From Squalus acanthias (lineage: Eukaryota): a stretch of 64,000 bases of DNA. The notes below the pieces were generated by a model. The model searched no databases. It worked only from the letters and a program-made list of their open reading frames with translations, and was not told where the DNA came from. How positions within the stretch are numbered: the stretch's first letter is position 1; each line of letters opens with the position of its first letter. Both the position numbers and the translations under genes were made by a program. Shown here piece by piece: positions 51,794 to 64,000 of this stretch. The DNA lies in the NCBI GenBank assembly GCA_030390025.1, contig CM059451.1, forward strand, positions 1,612,001 through 1,676,000, given 5' to 3'.

Positions 51794-52551
51794 GGCCCGT
51801 ATTTTCCGATCCCTACGGGTGTGTACGACACCATAGGGACCTCGCAAATGCTGGCTTCAGGTATGCACTGCTCACACGCTGAAAACCGGCACTTCTGATC
51901 CGTCAAGAATCCTCTCGACAGATCGGACGCCTGCCCTGGAGAAGGGCCTCTGCGGGTGGAGAGTTCCGCTTTCTGCAGAACCGCCACCTGTTGAAAACCC
52001 TTAGAAATCTCACGCCTGGTAAAAGCAGTAAGCGTAAGGCCTGCTTTTACCAGCATAAGAGTTTAAAAAAGTTTAAAAAAACATTCTTTTCACTCATTTA
52101 TAATTTAAAAATACTTTTAAAAAAGGTAAGTTTATTTTTAGCCCCGTAAAAAACTTGAATTATTTTTTCAAAAAATTAAATTTGTTTAAAATATTTAATT
52201 TAATGTAATTTGAACTAATTTTAAAACGTGGTTTAAAAAAAAATGTATTTAATGTTTTGATGTGTTTTTGGAGTGATCTCCATTCATACTTTTGACGGGT
52301 CTAAGCTGAGAGACCTGTCAAAAGTATGACGGGAGATTCTCTTCTCCCATTGGCTCCCCATGGCCCACGTGATCCCAGGGACGCTTGCGAACCGCATGTG
52401 CCCCTGGGATACCTGGGCCCTGCGCATTCGACTGTGGAGAGGCCCAGGAGCGGAAATGTCCGCACCTCGGGAGCCCTCAGGTAAGGGTGTAGATTTTTTC
52501 CAGATCGGAGGCCTCCGCGCGCAGGGAGCCTCCAATCGGAAAATACGGGCC
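51794..52551. mobile_element. PIF/Harbinger-type MITE
   Basis: Perfect 17-bp TIR ggcccgtattttccgat / atcggaaaatacgggcc and 3-bp TSD AAT. Confidence 0.88.
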
Positions 52552-53112
52552 AATAAATAGGAGCAGGAGTCGGCCATTTGGCCCTTCGAGCCTGCTCCGC
52601 CATTCAATAAGATCATGGCTGATCTTCGACCTCATCTCCACTTTCCCGCCCGATCCCCATATCCCTTGATTCCCTTAATATTCAAAAATCTATCGATCTC
52701 TGTCTTGAATATACTCAACGACTGAGCCTCCACAGCCCTGTGGGGTAGAGAATTCCAAAGATTCACCACCCTCTGAGTGAAGAAATTTCTCCTCATCTCA
52801 GTCCCTTATTCTGAGACTGTGACCCCTGGTTCTAGACTCCCCGGCCAGGGGAAACATCCTCCCTGCATCTACCCTGTCAAGCCCTGTAAGAATTTTGTAT
52901 GTTTCAATGAGATCACCTCTCATTCTTCGAAACTCTAGAGAATATAGGCCTAGTCTACTCAATCTGTCCTCATAGGACAATCCCCCCATCCCAGGAATTA
53001 GTCTGGTGAACCTTCGTTGCACTCCCTCTATGTCAAGTATATCCTTCCTTAGGTAAGGGGACCAAAACTGTACACAATACTCCAGGTGTGGTCTCACCAG
53101 GGCCCTATATTG
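52552..53112 (-). mobile_element. CR1 3' fragment whose tail is split by a MITE
   Basis: ORF 52798..53097 RPHLEYCVQFWSPYLRKD. Confidence 0.9.
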
Positions 53113-54113
53113 TTACAGCTAATAAACACAAACGTGTTCAAAGAAAATAAAGAAAGCACACACTTTTTGTACCGCCCCTACGATTTATCTCCCAGGTTGT
53201 TCGCAACCCTTAATTCCTGGAGACTCCAGGACAATCCTGGAGCCGGGGGAATATGTATATTGGATGCTGGCAATAAGACTAATCAAGCTCATAGCAAGGA
53301 GGTCTGCTGGGAAACAATGGTTTTAACACGGGCCGCAAGGTTTTATTTGCAAAAAGCAGAAGGGTTTGCCTTTAAGGAGCCGAAGGAGTTGCAGGGCCTT
53401 CTAGGCAGTTCTGAAGAGCCAATCAGTATAAAAGCCGCAAGAGCCGCGCCAGCGCTGCACGCCACTGTTGCAGTTTTCAGCTCGTTAAAGTGCCTCATTA
53501 ACAGTTTAACCAACGGCCCAGCAGCATTACTGCAGCCACAGTCCCATTGCCTGTTCAGTTGTGCGTCCGCTTTAGCGCATTCAAACTCCCGAGTCCCAAA
53601 GAGTAAAATTGCGCATTGCAGAGTGCGAGTTCGAACTCACAAAGATCATAAGCAGCCCACTGTTTACCCAGATTTAGCGATCTGGGCAGAGCACGCGGTG
53701 TCTCCCTGCTTGAGGAGATAAGGAAAACTGTGGTGGGGTAAGGGTGGTCTTTGCAGCTTCCAGTAGCTGGCAAAGGGGGCATTGGCAGAGGTCTGGGAGC
53801 AGAGAGGAAGAGTTCAGGCAGAAGTAAGGTTAAACGACAATGGAATAAATGAAAAGACACACAGCTACAAACCACATTCCAATTCCATTCCTACCACTGA
53901 TTCATTCTCAGCACCTCATCTTTGCTGTTGGGGTTGATGGAGTCACTAGTTGACTAATTTGGACAGGTTGATAGGATTCAAAGGGATTTGGACAAAATAA
54001 ATAGATAGTCTAAGGAATGGCAGATGGATTTTAATGCAAACCAGAACAAGCATCCCCTCGAAAACCGATGTTTATTTGTCAGTAGGCCCAGGCATGAACA
54101 GACTGGTCCCCAC

Positions 54114-54206
54114 CTTCAGAAGAAGCTGGTACTTCATGATTCTCTGAACGGGTTTGATAAGTAAGTCATTCAGCTGAAGCCTGTGGCCTAGTTGTTGCTT
54201 CAGCTC
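54114..54206 (-). CDS. ARHGEF25: ARHGEF25 DH-domain exon
   Basis: 93 nt, [31 protein letters not shown], includes the conserved DH KPVQRIxKYxLLL motif; canonical splice sites. Confidence 0.92.
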
Positions 54207-54810
54207 CTGAAAAACAAGGACAAAACGTTACTACGGCAGGCTGGTCAGCCTTAGGTCTCGCTGAATATTGCTTTCCCCAGAATTACTCACGCATGGTCAC
54301 CATATTCACCGCATCCTATGAAATTGTTTGCTATGTTTTTCAAGTGAATTTTGCACTCAGAGATAGGTGAGGCCTGTCAGTACTGGGAGTGACACCTAGT
54401 CACCCAGCATTAAGGTCAGCTGTAGGGTAAAGCTCCCTCTACTCTAGCTTAATTATTGTGCCTTAGCTTTAATCTAAAAACAATGTTCATTTTCCCATTT
54501 CCCACACCAGTCTTCCTTACGGCCTGTGTGAGGCGATCAGTTCTGTACCAATTACTACCGCGTTAGATGCTGTCGACTACACCCACTCGGAACTTATTTC
54601 GCCTAGAATCCTTACAATTAGCAGAGAGATAGGAGTCTGAGCTGGATTCAAAGCCACACCTCCAAAGATGAAAGGGCAACGAGCAAACCATTTTGCCACC
54701 TCATCTCTCCCTATTTATGAAGAGATTTTCAAGGGGCGAGGCATGTTAGTGTAGAACTTAGGCCAAGGGCTGTGTGTGCAAAAACCAAACCAAAATGAAA
54801 GGGCACTCAC

Positions 54811-54900
54811 TTCAAAGTAGGTGTCGATGTACTCGGAGACGATATGCTCTGACTTAGGTTTATTCTGGCAATAAACCACGTACATGTGTAACCGTCTTTC
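54811..54900 (-). CDS. ARHGEF25: Rho guanine nucleotide exchange factor 25 (p63RhoGEF), DH-domain exon
   Basis: AG/GT bounded, 90 nt, [30 protein letters not shown], typical Trio-GEF2/Kalirin/ARHGEF25 DH sequence. Confidence 0.9.
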
Positions 54901-56519
54901 CTGGAAAATAATAGATGTTCATTCTACTAAAGCATTAACTACAGACAAGAACACAGCACACAGGCCCCACACTTCCTCTTAGCACACACTTCGTTTCCTG
55001 GCCCTGTAAACGCACAGAGCCCAGTTTTTGCTCCTTTCCTACTCGTTGAGCTCGCAGTCGTGACCATGCGCGCACGCCGATTGCAATGCGGCTGTGACTG
55101 GCTGTGCGAGCTGCTCGGCAAAGCCTATATCAAGGCGCGGCGGCATTACAGATTGCAGTTGCTGCGTGAATAACGCTGTGGAGTGCCCCCCCCCCCCCCA
55201 CCCCACCACCCCCAGTTAAAATGGACCATCGGAGGTGGCAATGAGTTTGAGGACGATGCTCTTCGATCAAGAGCATTTCTCCAAGCGAATGTTCATCCGA
55301 AGAACCTGTAGACAGAATGCCAGCCGGCAGGTGAGATGAATGCAGTCCAAAGGGGCTGTCGCACTGGGACAAGGGGTGCAAAAGACGTTTTGAGTTGAAG
55401 AAAATGCAAAGGCAAGGAGGCAAAGGAATGATGGGGTTTGCTGGACTTATGAATGATTAGGAAAAGTAACCAGTGAGGATAACGATCGTTGGTCCAGATA
55501 TGGAATATATGTATCATTGACATCAAACAGTGCAAGCACAGCACCAAGCTACACGTCACTTATATTATACAGTCCACATATTGGAAGCCAAAGGTGCGAT
55601 GCTTAATGCATCTGTATGCCATTCTTTTGTAGGCTGTTTTCACAGATATATCAAGCAATTTGTTTTAAATGGGTCCATTAAAACCGTGCACAAAGGAATT
55701 GCATACTGATGGATGAGGCATTCGCCCCCTAATACGTGCGCAGGGTAACTGCAAGACCAAAGTGTTCTTGATGATTACGTTGCATAGGAACATAGGGACA
55801 GGAGGAGGCCATTCAGCCCCTCGAGCCTGTTCTGCCATTCAATGAGATCATGGCTGATCTGTATCTGAACTCCATATGTCGCAACTACTGTAATTCAACA
55901 TGTAGAGTCGCATTAATTGAAGGAAAATTTGGCCTCCAATGGTTCTGAGCCAAAGAGACCAGCTGGTGGACCTTCCCACGGTGACGGTCCTTATTAATGG
56001 CATTGAGGCCATGGAGAGGGAAGCTGGGGGTCCTGGTCCCAGCTGCTAGTTTGTGTCGCTACGGCAACATGCAGTTTCCTTGGCTGCAAAAACTCGTCAT
56101 CACCCGAGCACAGACACAGTTGCCGTACCTCCGCGGAGTCCGTAGTTACAGTGCCGTACCATGACAATCGAGTCACACTGTGATCATTTTCCTTCTCACA
56201 GTAAGGCCTGGGCCCAGTGTGGAATCACGACTCCCAAAGGGGCAGCATGTCGTCAGCAGTACCACATGCCACTACCCACTAAGGGAGGGACCACAGGGTG
56301 AGGCATATCTCATGGGTGAGGAAAGGGCAGTGCTGATGGCCAAGAAATGCCTGCCATATGCTGGATAGAAGTTCAGCACATCGAAGTTCCATGAGGAGTT
56401 GCTTCGGCATTCGGACCTCTTGGGGCCACCTTTCAAAAGGAGGAGGCTTCTGAACGAGCAGGAAGCTGTGCCCAGCTCGCTTATCTCCATGGCGATTCAG
56501 GGTGGAGGGATTTGACTTT

Positions 56520-57083
56520 AGAAACATAGAAGATAGGAGCAGGAGTAGGCCATTCGGCCCCTCAAGCCTGCTCCGCCATGCGATGAGATCATGGCTGATC
56601 ATCTAAACTCAGTACCCTGTACCTGCCTTCTCCCCATATCCCTTGATACCTTTAGCTTTAAGAAATATATCTAACTCAACCTTGAATATATTTAATGACT
56701 TGGCCTCAACTACCTTCTGTGGTAGAGAATTCCACAGGTTCACCACTCTCTGGGTGAAGAAATTCTTCCTCATTTCTGTCCTAAATGGTTTACCCGTTAT
56801 CCGTAGATTATGACCCCTGGTTCTGGACTCTCCGACCATCGGGAACATTCTTCCTGCATCTAGTTTGTCCAGACCTGTCAGAATTTTATATGTTTCGATG
56901 AGATCCCCTCTCATTCTTCTATACTCCAGTGAGTATAAGCCCAATCGACCCAATCTCTCCTCATATGTCATTCCTGCCATCCCAGGTATCAGCCTTGTGA
57001 ATCTTCGCTGAACTCCTTCCATGGAAAGAACATCCTTCCTCAGATAAGGCGACCAAAACTGCACACAGTACTCAAGGTGTGGA
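56520..57083 (-). mobile_element. CR1 3' fragment
   Basis: ORF 56609..57094, CR1 ORF2 C-terminus; similar fragments at 18590-19150, 32750-33085, 35180-35980, 58055-58468. Confidence 0.9.
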
Positions 57084-59124
57084 CTTTGATTCAACTGGAA
57101 TGGGAGCGGGGCCCTCGAGTGACCTCTGTCATTGAGACCACCGTGCCTTCGGTGTCTGCTGTACTGGGAAGTGCCTTAAGTTAGACGGGAAGCAGCAATG
57201 GGAGAAAGTCTCACAAACCTTTCCTCTGATGCTCGTGTGGTGACGCAGTCAACTAGTCCCCCCAAGCAATAATAATCGGCTTGAGGGAGATGACATTGAG
57301 TTAGGACTTCAGAGAACCTATAGAAGGTCAAGTTCTCCACACAGAGACCCAGCTATTCCCTTGGGGTGAAATTATTCTAACTGAGGTTCCCTTCTTACTA
57401 TCATTTTTTTTTTAAACTTCATTTTGGTTTGACTGAACTAGTTCCCCGTGTACAAAGTAATTTTTAATGATGACATTTACATATAACGATTCAGTTTATA
57501 GTCAATAAAATTTTCTCTCAACTCCAAATTGTGATTACAAAAAACTAATGAAAAGAAATGTGACAGAAGCCCATCCGGCCAATCAATGCTGCTCCTATTA
57601 ATTAGATGGTGACTACCCGCCCCGACCCTTCCCAGTCACTAGTAATGCTAACTCCTGGGGGAAGGGAACAAATCAGGAATAAACCTGTGGCCAAATTCCA
57701 CCCTGACTCTCCAGGAGACCAGGTTACCCATGATGCATCGCGAGATGTACTTAAATTAAACCCCCCCACAAATATGTCCAATTTCCTTAGGAACAGAGGA
57801 CAATACAGGACCAGGAACGACCATCTCCATCCATGAGGCTGGTCCCAAAGATTAGACCGCTTATCCCACCTTGCATCTGATACTCTTCAATGGCCCTGCC
57901 TGCCAAAAAAAACTCCACCACCTCTTAAAATTTACAACATCTTCCTCTTTCACTGCCGCCCTGGGAAAGGTATTCCACATAGTTACCGGCATGAGTGTGA
58001 AGATGTTCCGCCCCAACATTTTCTCATCTGAGTTTGACTCTATGTCCTCTTGTCTTGAGAACATAAGAAATAGGAGCAGGAATAGGCCACTTGGCCCCTC
58101 GAGCCTGCTCCGCCATTCAATAAGATCATGGCTGATCTTGGCCTCAAAGCCACTTCCCCGCCCGCTCCCCATAACCCTTCACTCCCTTATCTTGCAAAAA
58201 TCTGTCTATCTCCACCTTAAATGTATTTAATGACCCAGCCTCCACGGCTCTCTGGGGCAGAGAATTCCACAGATTTACGACCCTCTGAGAGAAGAAATTC
58301 CTCCTCATCTCAGTTCTAAAAGGGCGACCCTTTATTCTGAAACTATGCCCCCGAGTTCTAGATTCCCCCACGAGGGGAAACATCCTCTCTGCATCTACCT
58401 TGTCGAGCCTCCTCAGAATCTTATATGTTTCAATAAGATCACCTCTCATTCTTCTAAACTCCAATGAGGTATACTAAATGTACTGAGCGCGTCATGCCAA
58501 CTAATATAGTCTCAAAGAACTCTAGCAGATTCACCAAGCAAGATCTATCACCTATAAATTCACGTTGACTTCTTCTTATTCTATGTTACAGCCTTGAAAT
58601 AACTCATAGCACCACACCACATCCACTATCTCTTCTATTAATAGGTCAGGGGGCTAGTTTCATTCAACTCTTACTTGTTGACCGCGCGCGGGCGCGAGAG
58701 CAGCTGTCAATGCCCAGCATGCTCACTGTTCTGATGTACGATGGTTTCACATGATCCTATCAGAATGACTGCAAGACTGTCAATCAACTGACAACCAGGA
58801 AATAATAGTCAGTATACAACCAAATATACTCATTTTGTAATACAGTTCATATATAATGAGTCAGTTGATAATGCAATTTAATAAAATTATTTGGATACAA
58901 GTCAGTATATAAAAAGAAAAAAAAAGTCTTGCATTTCTATAGCGCCTTTCATGGCCTCAGAACGTCCCAAAGTGCTTTCCAGCCAATGAAGTACTTTTGA
59001 AGTGGAGTCACTGTTGTAATGTAGGGAAACATGGCGGCCAAATTGCACACAGCAAGCTCCCACAAACAGCAATGTGATAATGACCAGATAATCTGTTTTC
59101 TTTTAAGTGCTGGTTGAGGGACAA

Positions 59125-61130
59125 TTTTTTTTAAAGTTTTTTTTAAAAATTCGTTTATGGGATGTGGGTGTCACTGGCAAGGCCAGCATTTATTGCCCAT
59201 CCCTAATTGTTCTTGAGAAGGTGGTGGTGAGCCGCCTTCTTGAACAGCTGCAGTCCATGTGGTGAAGGTACTCCCACAGTGCTGTTAGGGAGGGAGTGCC
59301 AGGATTTTGACCCAGCGACGATGAAGGATCGGCGATATATTTCTAAGTCAGGATGGTGTGTGACTTGGAGGGGAACTTGGAGGTGGTGGTGTTCCTATGC
59401 GCCTGCTGCCCTTGTCCTTCTAGGTGGTAGAGGTCACGGGTTTGGGAGGTGCTACCGAAGAAGCCTTGGCGAGTTGCTGCAGTGCATCTTGTAGATGGTA
59501 CACACTGCAGCCACGGTACGCCGGTGGTGGAGGGAGTGAATGTTTAAGGTGGTAGATGGGGTGCCAATCAAGTGGGCTGCTTGGTCCTGGATGGTGTCGA
59601 GCTTCTTGAGTGTTGTTGGAGCTGCACTCATCCAGGCAAGTGGAGAGTATTCCATCACACTCCTTACTTGTGCCTTGTAGATGGTGGAAAGGCTTTGGGG
59701 AGTCAGGAGGTGAGACACTCGCCGCAAAATACTTAGCCTCTGACCTGCTCTTGTTGCCACAGTATTTATGTGGCTGGTCCAGTTAAGTTTCTGGTCAATG
59801 GTGACCCCCCCCAGGATGTTGATTGTGGGGGATTCGGCGATGGTAATGCCATTGAATGTCAAGGGGCGGTGGTTCGACTCTTGCTTGTTAGAGATGGTCA
59901 TTGCCTGGCACTTCTGTGGCGCAAATGTTACCTGCCACTTATCAGCCCAAGCCTGAATGTCGTCCAGGTCTTGTTGCATGCGGGCATGGACTGCTTCATT
60001 CTTCATTATCTGAGGAGTTATGAATGGCACTGAACACTGTGATGACTGTGCAGTCATCAGCGAACATCCCCATTTCTGACCTTCTGTTGGAGGGAAGGTC
60101 ATTGATGAAGCAGCTGAAGATGGTTGGGCCTAGGACACTGTCCTGAGGAACTCCTGCAGCGATGTCCTGGGGCTGTGATGATTGACCTTCAATCACCACA
60201 ACCATCTTCCTTTGTGCTAGGTATGACTCCAGCCAGTGGAGAGTTTTCCCCCCGATTCCCATTGACTTCAGTTTTACTCGGGCTCCTTGATGCCACAGTC
60301 AGTCAAATGCTGCCTTGATGTCAAGGGCAGTCACTCTCACCTCACCTCTGGAATTCAGCTCCTTTGTCCATGTTTGGGCCAAGGCTGTAATGAGGTCGGG
60401 AGCAGAGTGGTCTTGGCGGAACCCAAACTGGGCATCAGTGAGTAGGTTATTGGTCAGTAAGTGCCGCTTGATAGCACTGTCGACGGCACCTTCCATCACT
60501 TTGCTGACGATTGAGAGTAACCTGATCGGGCGGTAATTGGCCGGATTGGATTTGTCCTGCTTTTTGTGGACAGGACATACCTGGGCAGTTTTCCACATTG
60601 TCGGATAGATGCCAGTGTTGTAGCTGTACTGGAACAGCTTGGCTAGAGGCGCGGCTAGTTCTGGAGCACAAGTCTTCAGCACGATAGCCGAGATGTTGTC
60701 AGGGCCCATAGCCTTTGCTGTATCCAGCGCGCTGAGCCATTTCTTGATATCACGTGGAGTGAATCGAATTGGCTGAAGACTGGCTTCTGTGATGGTGGGG
60801 ACCTCAGGAGGAGGCCGAGATGGATCATCCACTCGGCACTTCTGGCTGAAGATGGCTGTAAACATTTCAGCCTTGTCTTTTGCACTCACGTGCTGGGCTC
60901 CACCATCATTGAGGATGGGGATATTCATGGAGCCTCCTCCTCCCGTCAGTTGTTTAATGGTCCACCACCATTCACGACTGGATGTGGCAGGACTGCAGAG
61001 CTTTGATCTGATCCGTTGATTGTGGGATCGCTGAGCCCTTTCTATAACCTGCTGCTTCCATTGTTCAGCATGCATGTAGTCCTGTGCTGCAGCTTCCCTA
61101 GGTTGGCACCTCATTTTTCGGTACGCCTAG
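59125..61130 (-). mobile_element. 5'-truncated CR1-group LINE (second family), RT region, frameshifted
   Basis: KAMGPDNI, NPANYRPI, QFGFR, ALDIKAAFD, VPQDSVLGP, FADD; 3' end gggatgggcaataaatgctggccttgccag followed by an A-rich tail. Confidence 0.92.
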
Positions 61131-61314
61131 GCCAACTGGCTACTGGACAAATGAAATGGTCGCGCGTGTGTTATGGTCTGGTCAACTGCTGGACAAATAT
61201 CAAACCCAACAGGTCCTCAAAGTGCTTTTTCTTTATGCCAGCAGAATAAATAAACACAGGTTATTTATATAAAATAAGAAATTAAATATTAAGAACAATT
61301 TGCGCTCTCTTGAA

Positions 61315-61665
61315 GCGCTGACTCATGTTGGGGGATGGTTCTTGAGAGGCAGCCATTTTCTGGTACCGCACCGTTCTTCACGAGCCTAGACAGACAATCT
61401 GCAGCCCGTATGGCCAACATAACCAACCAATCTTCCTCTTGCCTGACATCCATATAAGGCACTCCTTTTTATCAGGAGTCAATGGATAGCGATCAGCGTC
61501 AGGAGCCTTGGCTGATTTACCTTCTCCTCCTTAGAACCGAGGCCAATAGTGTCCCTGCGGCCGCCCTCCTCCCAGTTCAGAGATGCTGTAACGCCGCCAA
61601 TTCCACCCTGAGATCAGTTAACTCAGCACAGACCAAGGATCAAACGTGTGACCTTACTGGCCTGT
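61315..61665 (-). mobile_element. LmeSINE1c-like ancient tRNA SINE
   Basis: Minus strand ggtctgtgctgagttaactgatctcag...attggcctc...cagccaaggctcctg..ctgatcgctatcca; related copies at about 30-290, 23915-24290, 26830-27015(+), 29757-30085, 31400-31780. Confidence 0.6.
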
Positions 61666-61914
61666 AAGGCAAGGGGAACGAAGGGCTATGAAAATAGAGC
61701 TAGCACATGGGACTAGGACCACAATGCTCATGGGGAGGATATGCAACAACATGGACTGGATGAGCCGAAAGGCCTGTGTTGGAATTTCTATGTAATTCAA
61801 TATGTATGACATATTAGTTGCTTGTCAATGACACCTTGATCAGGCTATAGTCCGAGGCATTGAGATGGGGCATCCCCTCTCATGAGTTCTCTGACCTAAC
61901 AAGTGACCTTTTAC

Positions 61915-62550
61915 CTCCCCTCTTCCCACTGTCCAGGGCCCCAGACACTCCTTCCAGGTGAAACAGCGATTCACTTGTACTTCTTGCAATTAATATACTG
62001 TATTCGCTGCTCACGATGCGGTCTCCTCTACATTGGGGAGACCAAACGCAGATTGGGTGACCGCTTTGCGGAACACCTCCGTTCAGTCCGTAAGGGTGAC
62101 CCCGAGCTTCCGGTCGCTTGTCACTTTAATTCTCCGCTCCACTCCCACTCTGACCTCTCCGTCCTCGGCATCTTACACTGTTCCAATGAAGCTCAAGGAA
62201 CAGCACCTCATCTTTCGATTAGGCACTTTACAGCCTTCTGGACTCAACATTGAGTTCAACAATTTCAGACTATAACCTCTGCCCCCATTCTTCAGGTGGC
62301 AGCTGTTGATTATTCTGCCATCCCCATTTGCAACATTTAATCTCTCCTGAGTTCAATCCTAGCACAGACTGTTCCTTTAGTTCCTTCCTCCCCTCCTCCC
62401 TCTCCCTGCCCCTACACTTGCTTAAAACCTGTTACATCTCTAACTTTTTCCAGTTCTGACGAAGGGTCACAGACCTGAAACGTTAACGCTGTTTCTCTCT
62501 CCACGGATGCTGCCTGACCTGCTGAGTGCTTCCAGCATTTTCTGTTGTTA
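61915..62550 (+). mobile_element. 5'-truncated Penelope-like element (GIY-YIG plus pLTR with hammerhead at 62452-62487)
   Basis: LIYCIRCSRCGLLYIGETKRRLGDRFAEH; near-identical to the 48683 copy; CUGACGA...GAAACGUU core intact. Confidence 0.92.
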
Positions 62551-63193
62551 TAAGAAATGAGATGCTGGTGTGACTACATCCAGTACAACTGAGTTCAGAG
62601 TTTGTTGCTGGTTGGCTGGTAGTTTGCCTTTCCGTTTCCTTTCCCGCTTCCCTTTTCTCCCGCAGAGCTCCAACCCAGTGTCTCCCATCCTCCTCGGAGA
62701 GAGGCCGTATTTCACCTGACCCTGTCTGTGGGGAGCTCCCCCTCATTCAACTCACACCAGTGAAATTATATCAGCGGTGTCCAGTATGCTCACCGCCAGC
62801 CACACATGGTCGACTGGGAATCCAGCTCTGGCTAATTGCATTTGTGATTCGCGACTAAAGAAACGCCCAACCCTTCGTTGTGTTGGCAGAGGTGCCAACA
62901 GACTGAGGTTCCAGGTGGATGTTAAAGATCGCACGGCACCATTGGAAGTCGAGCAGGGAGTCCTCGCAAATGGTGTCCTGGCCAACAGTCCACCCTCAAT
63001 CAACACCACCAAAATCTCATTGCTGCGTGTCGTTGGTGCAGAATGACTGCTGGGATTTGCCTGCACAAACTGCATAGCGCTTCCAGAAAAATTCATTGGA
63101 GGTGAAGGGCTTTGAGACATTGCGCCGATAGGATAAGGTGCTTTGTAAACGCAAAATGTACCATCGGAAAGAAGGACGGTGTGTGTGGGGGCG

Positions 63194-63322
63194 GGGGTGA
63201 AATCCATCCTGGGCAGCCGCGCAAAGACGGGCGGTGGCGAATCGGCAGCCCGTCTTACACTCCGCTCGATTTTCTTCCCCATCGCCCGTTTTTCCGCTGC
63301 CGCCCGAGACGGATTTCGCCCC
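63194..63322. mobile_element. Short hairpin MITE
   Basis: ggggtgaaatcc...ggatttcgcccc; related decayed copies at about 8742-8858, 15952-16030, 21638-21983. Confidence 0.65.
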
Positions 63323-63413
63323 CCCCCCCCCCCGCCCCCCGATGTGCTTCAAACTGACTCTGTTAGGCTCCTGTTTGCAACTGTGCTCCTTTCACTGACA
63401 ACCCGTCTCAGTT

Positions 63414-63804
63414 CGGGGTCGCCAACTCTGGCTGGACGTATGCCTGGAGGATTCATCACATGACCTCCTGCCTCCAACCACGCACTCCCACCATTGGTCG
63501 CCCGACACGTCCATCCTCGCGGTGCCCCGCCTCCGCACGGCCAAGTGAGAAGCGAGCAGACTCTTCATTACCCGATCGGATGATTCTTCACTGTCAGTCA
63601 AACAGCCTTTTACCCCCCCCCCCCCACCCAGCCCCAATAGTTTGATAATTAATAAGAGAAAGTGTCCAAAGAAAATGATAACAAAACTTTTTTTTCCGAA
63701 TGCCCTGATGATATTTCTCCCGGGTTTTGCTCCCGGCAGTGTCCTGGAGATTAATCTTCAATTCCTGGAGATTCCTGGTTAATCCTGGAGGGTTGACGAC
63801 CCTA
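63414..63804. mobile_element. Non-autonomous hAT-like DNA element (TAGGGTTGCCA-type ends)
   Basis: ggggtcgccaactc...gagggttgacgacccta; homologous copies at about 40413-40848 and 51664-53240; TSD not discernible. Confidence 0.6.
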
Positions 63805-64000
63805 TCTGTGGTCCTGGGAGCCTCGGGGGGGGGGCGGGGAGAAAAAACCAGAGCTCAGCTGTTTCTCCAGAGGGTGAACGAGGGAATTTGCACCATTATT
63901 GGGAGAATCTAGCGATTGAAAGACCCCTGGCCCTGGATACAGCGCTGCAGGCGCTAGCTCGCAAAGGTCAGTGCGGCAGTTTGTGCGGCGCAGAGCGATT

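Noticed and set aside
53086-53721. 211-aa ORF
   Set aside because: Spans CR1 and DNA-element remnants, antisense within an intron, no recognisable domain
30184-54900. Calling the RhoGEF TRIO or KALRN
   Set aside because: VSCLGLE, RYVLQA and YQRRE..NSLGRPR fit ARHGEF25 better, and no downstream SH3/Ig/kinase exons were found
55235-55306. Possible upstream DH exon (contains LEKC after an acceptor-like site)
   Set aside because: In-frame stop and no match to the expected DxFLxELxxC...LFxKH exon; that exon probably lies beyond 64000
30-61665. Strand bias of LmeSINE1c-like copies
   Set aside because: Most are on minus but one (about 26830-27015) is on plus; too few copies to claim a bias

Overview
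Eukaryotic, repeat-rich vertebrate DNA, most likely a shark or other elasmobranch (HE1-type V-SINE, Deu-domain SINEs, abundant CR1/L2/RTE/Penelope). All family and gene assignments come from recalled sequences, not database searches. Two spliced genes face each other tail-to-tail. On + are the last four coding exons (1020-14923) and 3' UTR of a GRASP55/GORASP2-like Golgi stacking protein gene. On - are seven phase-consistent DH-PH and post-PH exons (54900 down to 30184) of ARHGEF25 (p63RhoGEF, Trio/Kalirin family); its 5' exons appear to lie beyond the window and its last exon is unresolved. The rest is mostly transposons: a near full-length CR1 LINE nested in a Harbinger-type MITE, many truncated CR1/L2/RTE/Tx1 LINEs, ancient SINEs (LF-SINE-like, LmeSINE1c-like) and Penelope-like elements with minimal hammerhead ribozymes. 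Most notable: (1) a 519-bp Penelope-derived insertion with a 12-bp TSD whose inverted hammerhead-bearing termini enclose only a 9x33-bp tandem array; (2) the GRASP gene next to ARHGEF25, possibly a third, HoxC-linked GRASP ohnolog; (3) two CR1 copies inserted into the same 9-bp target.
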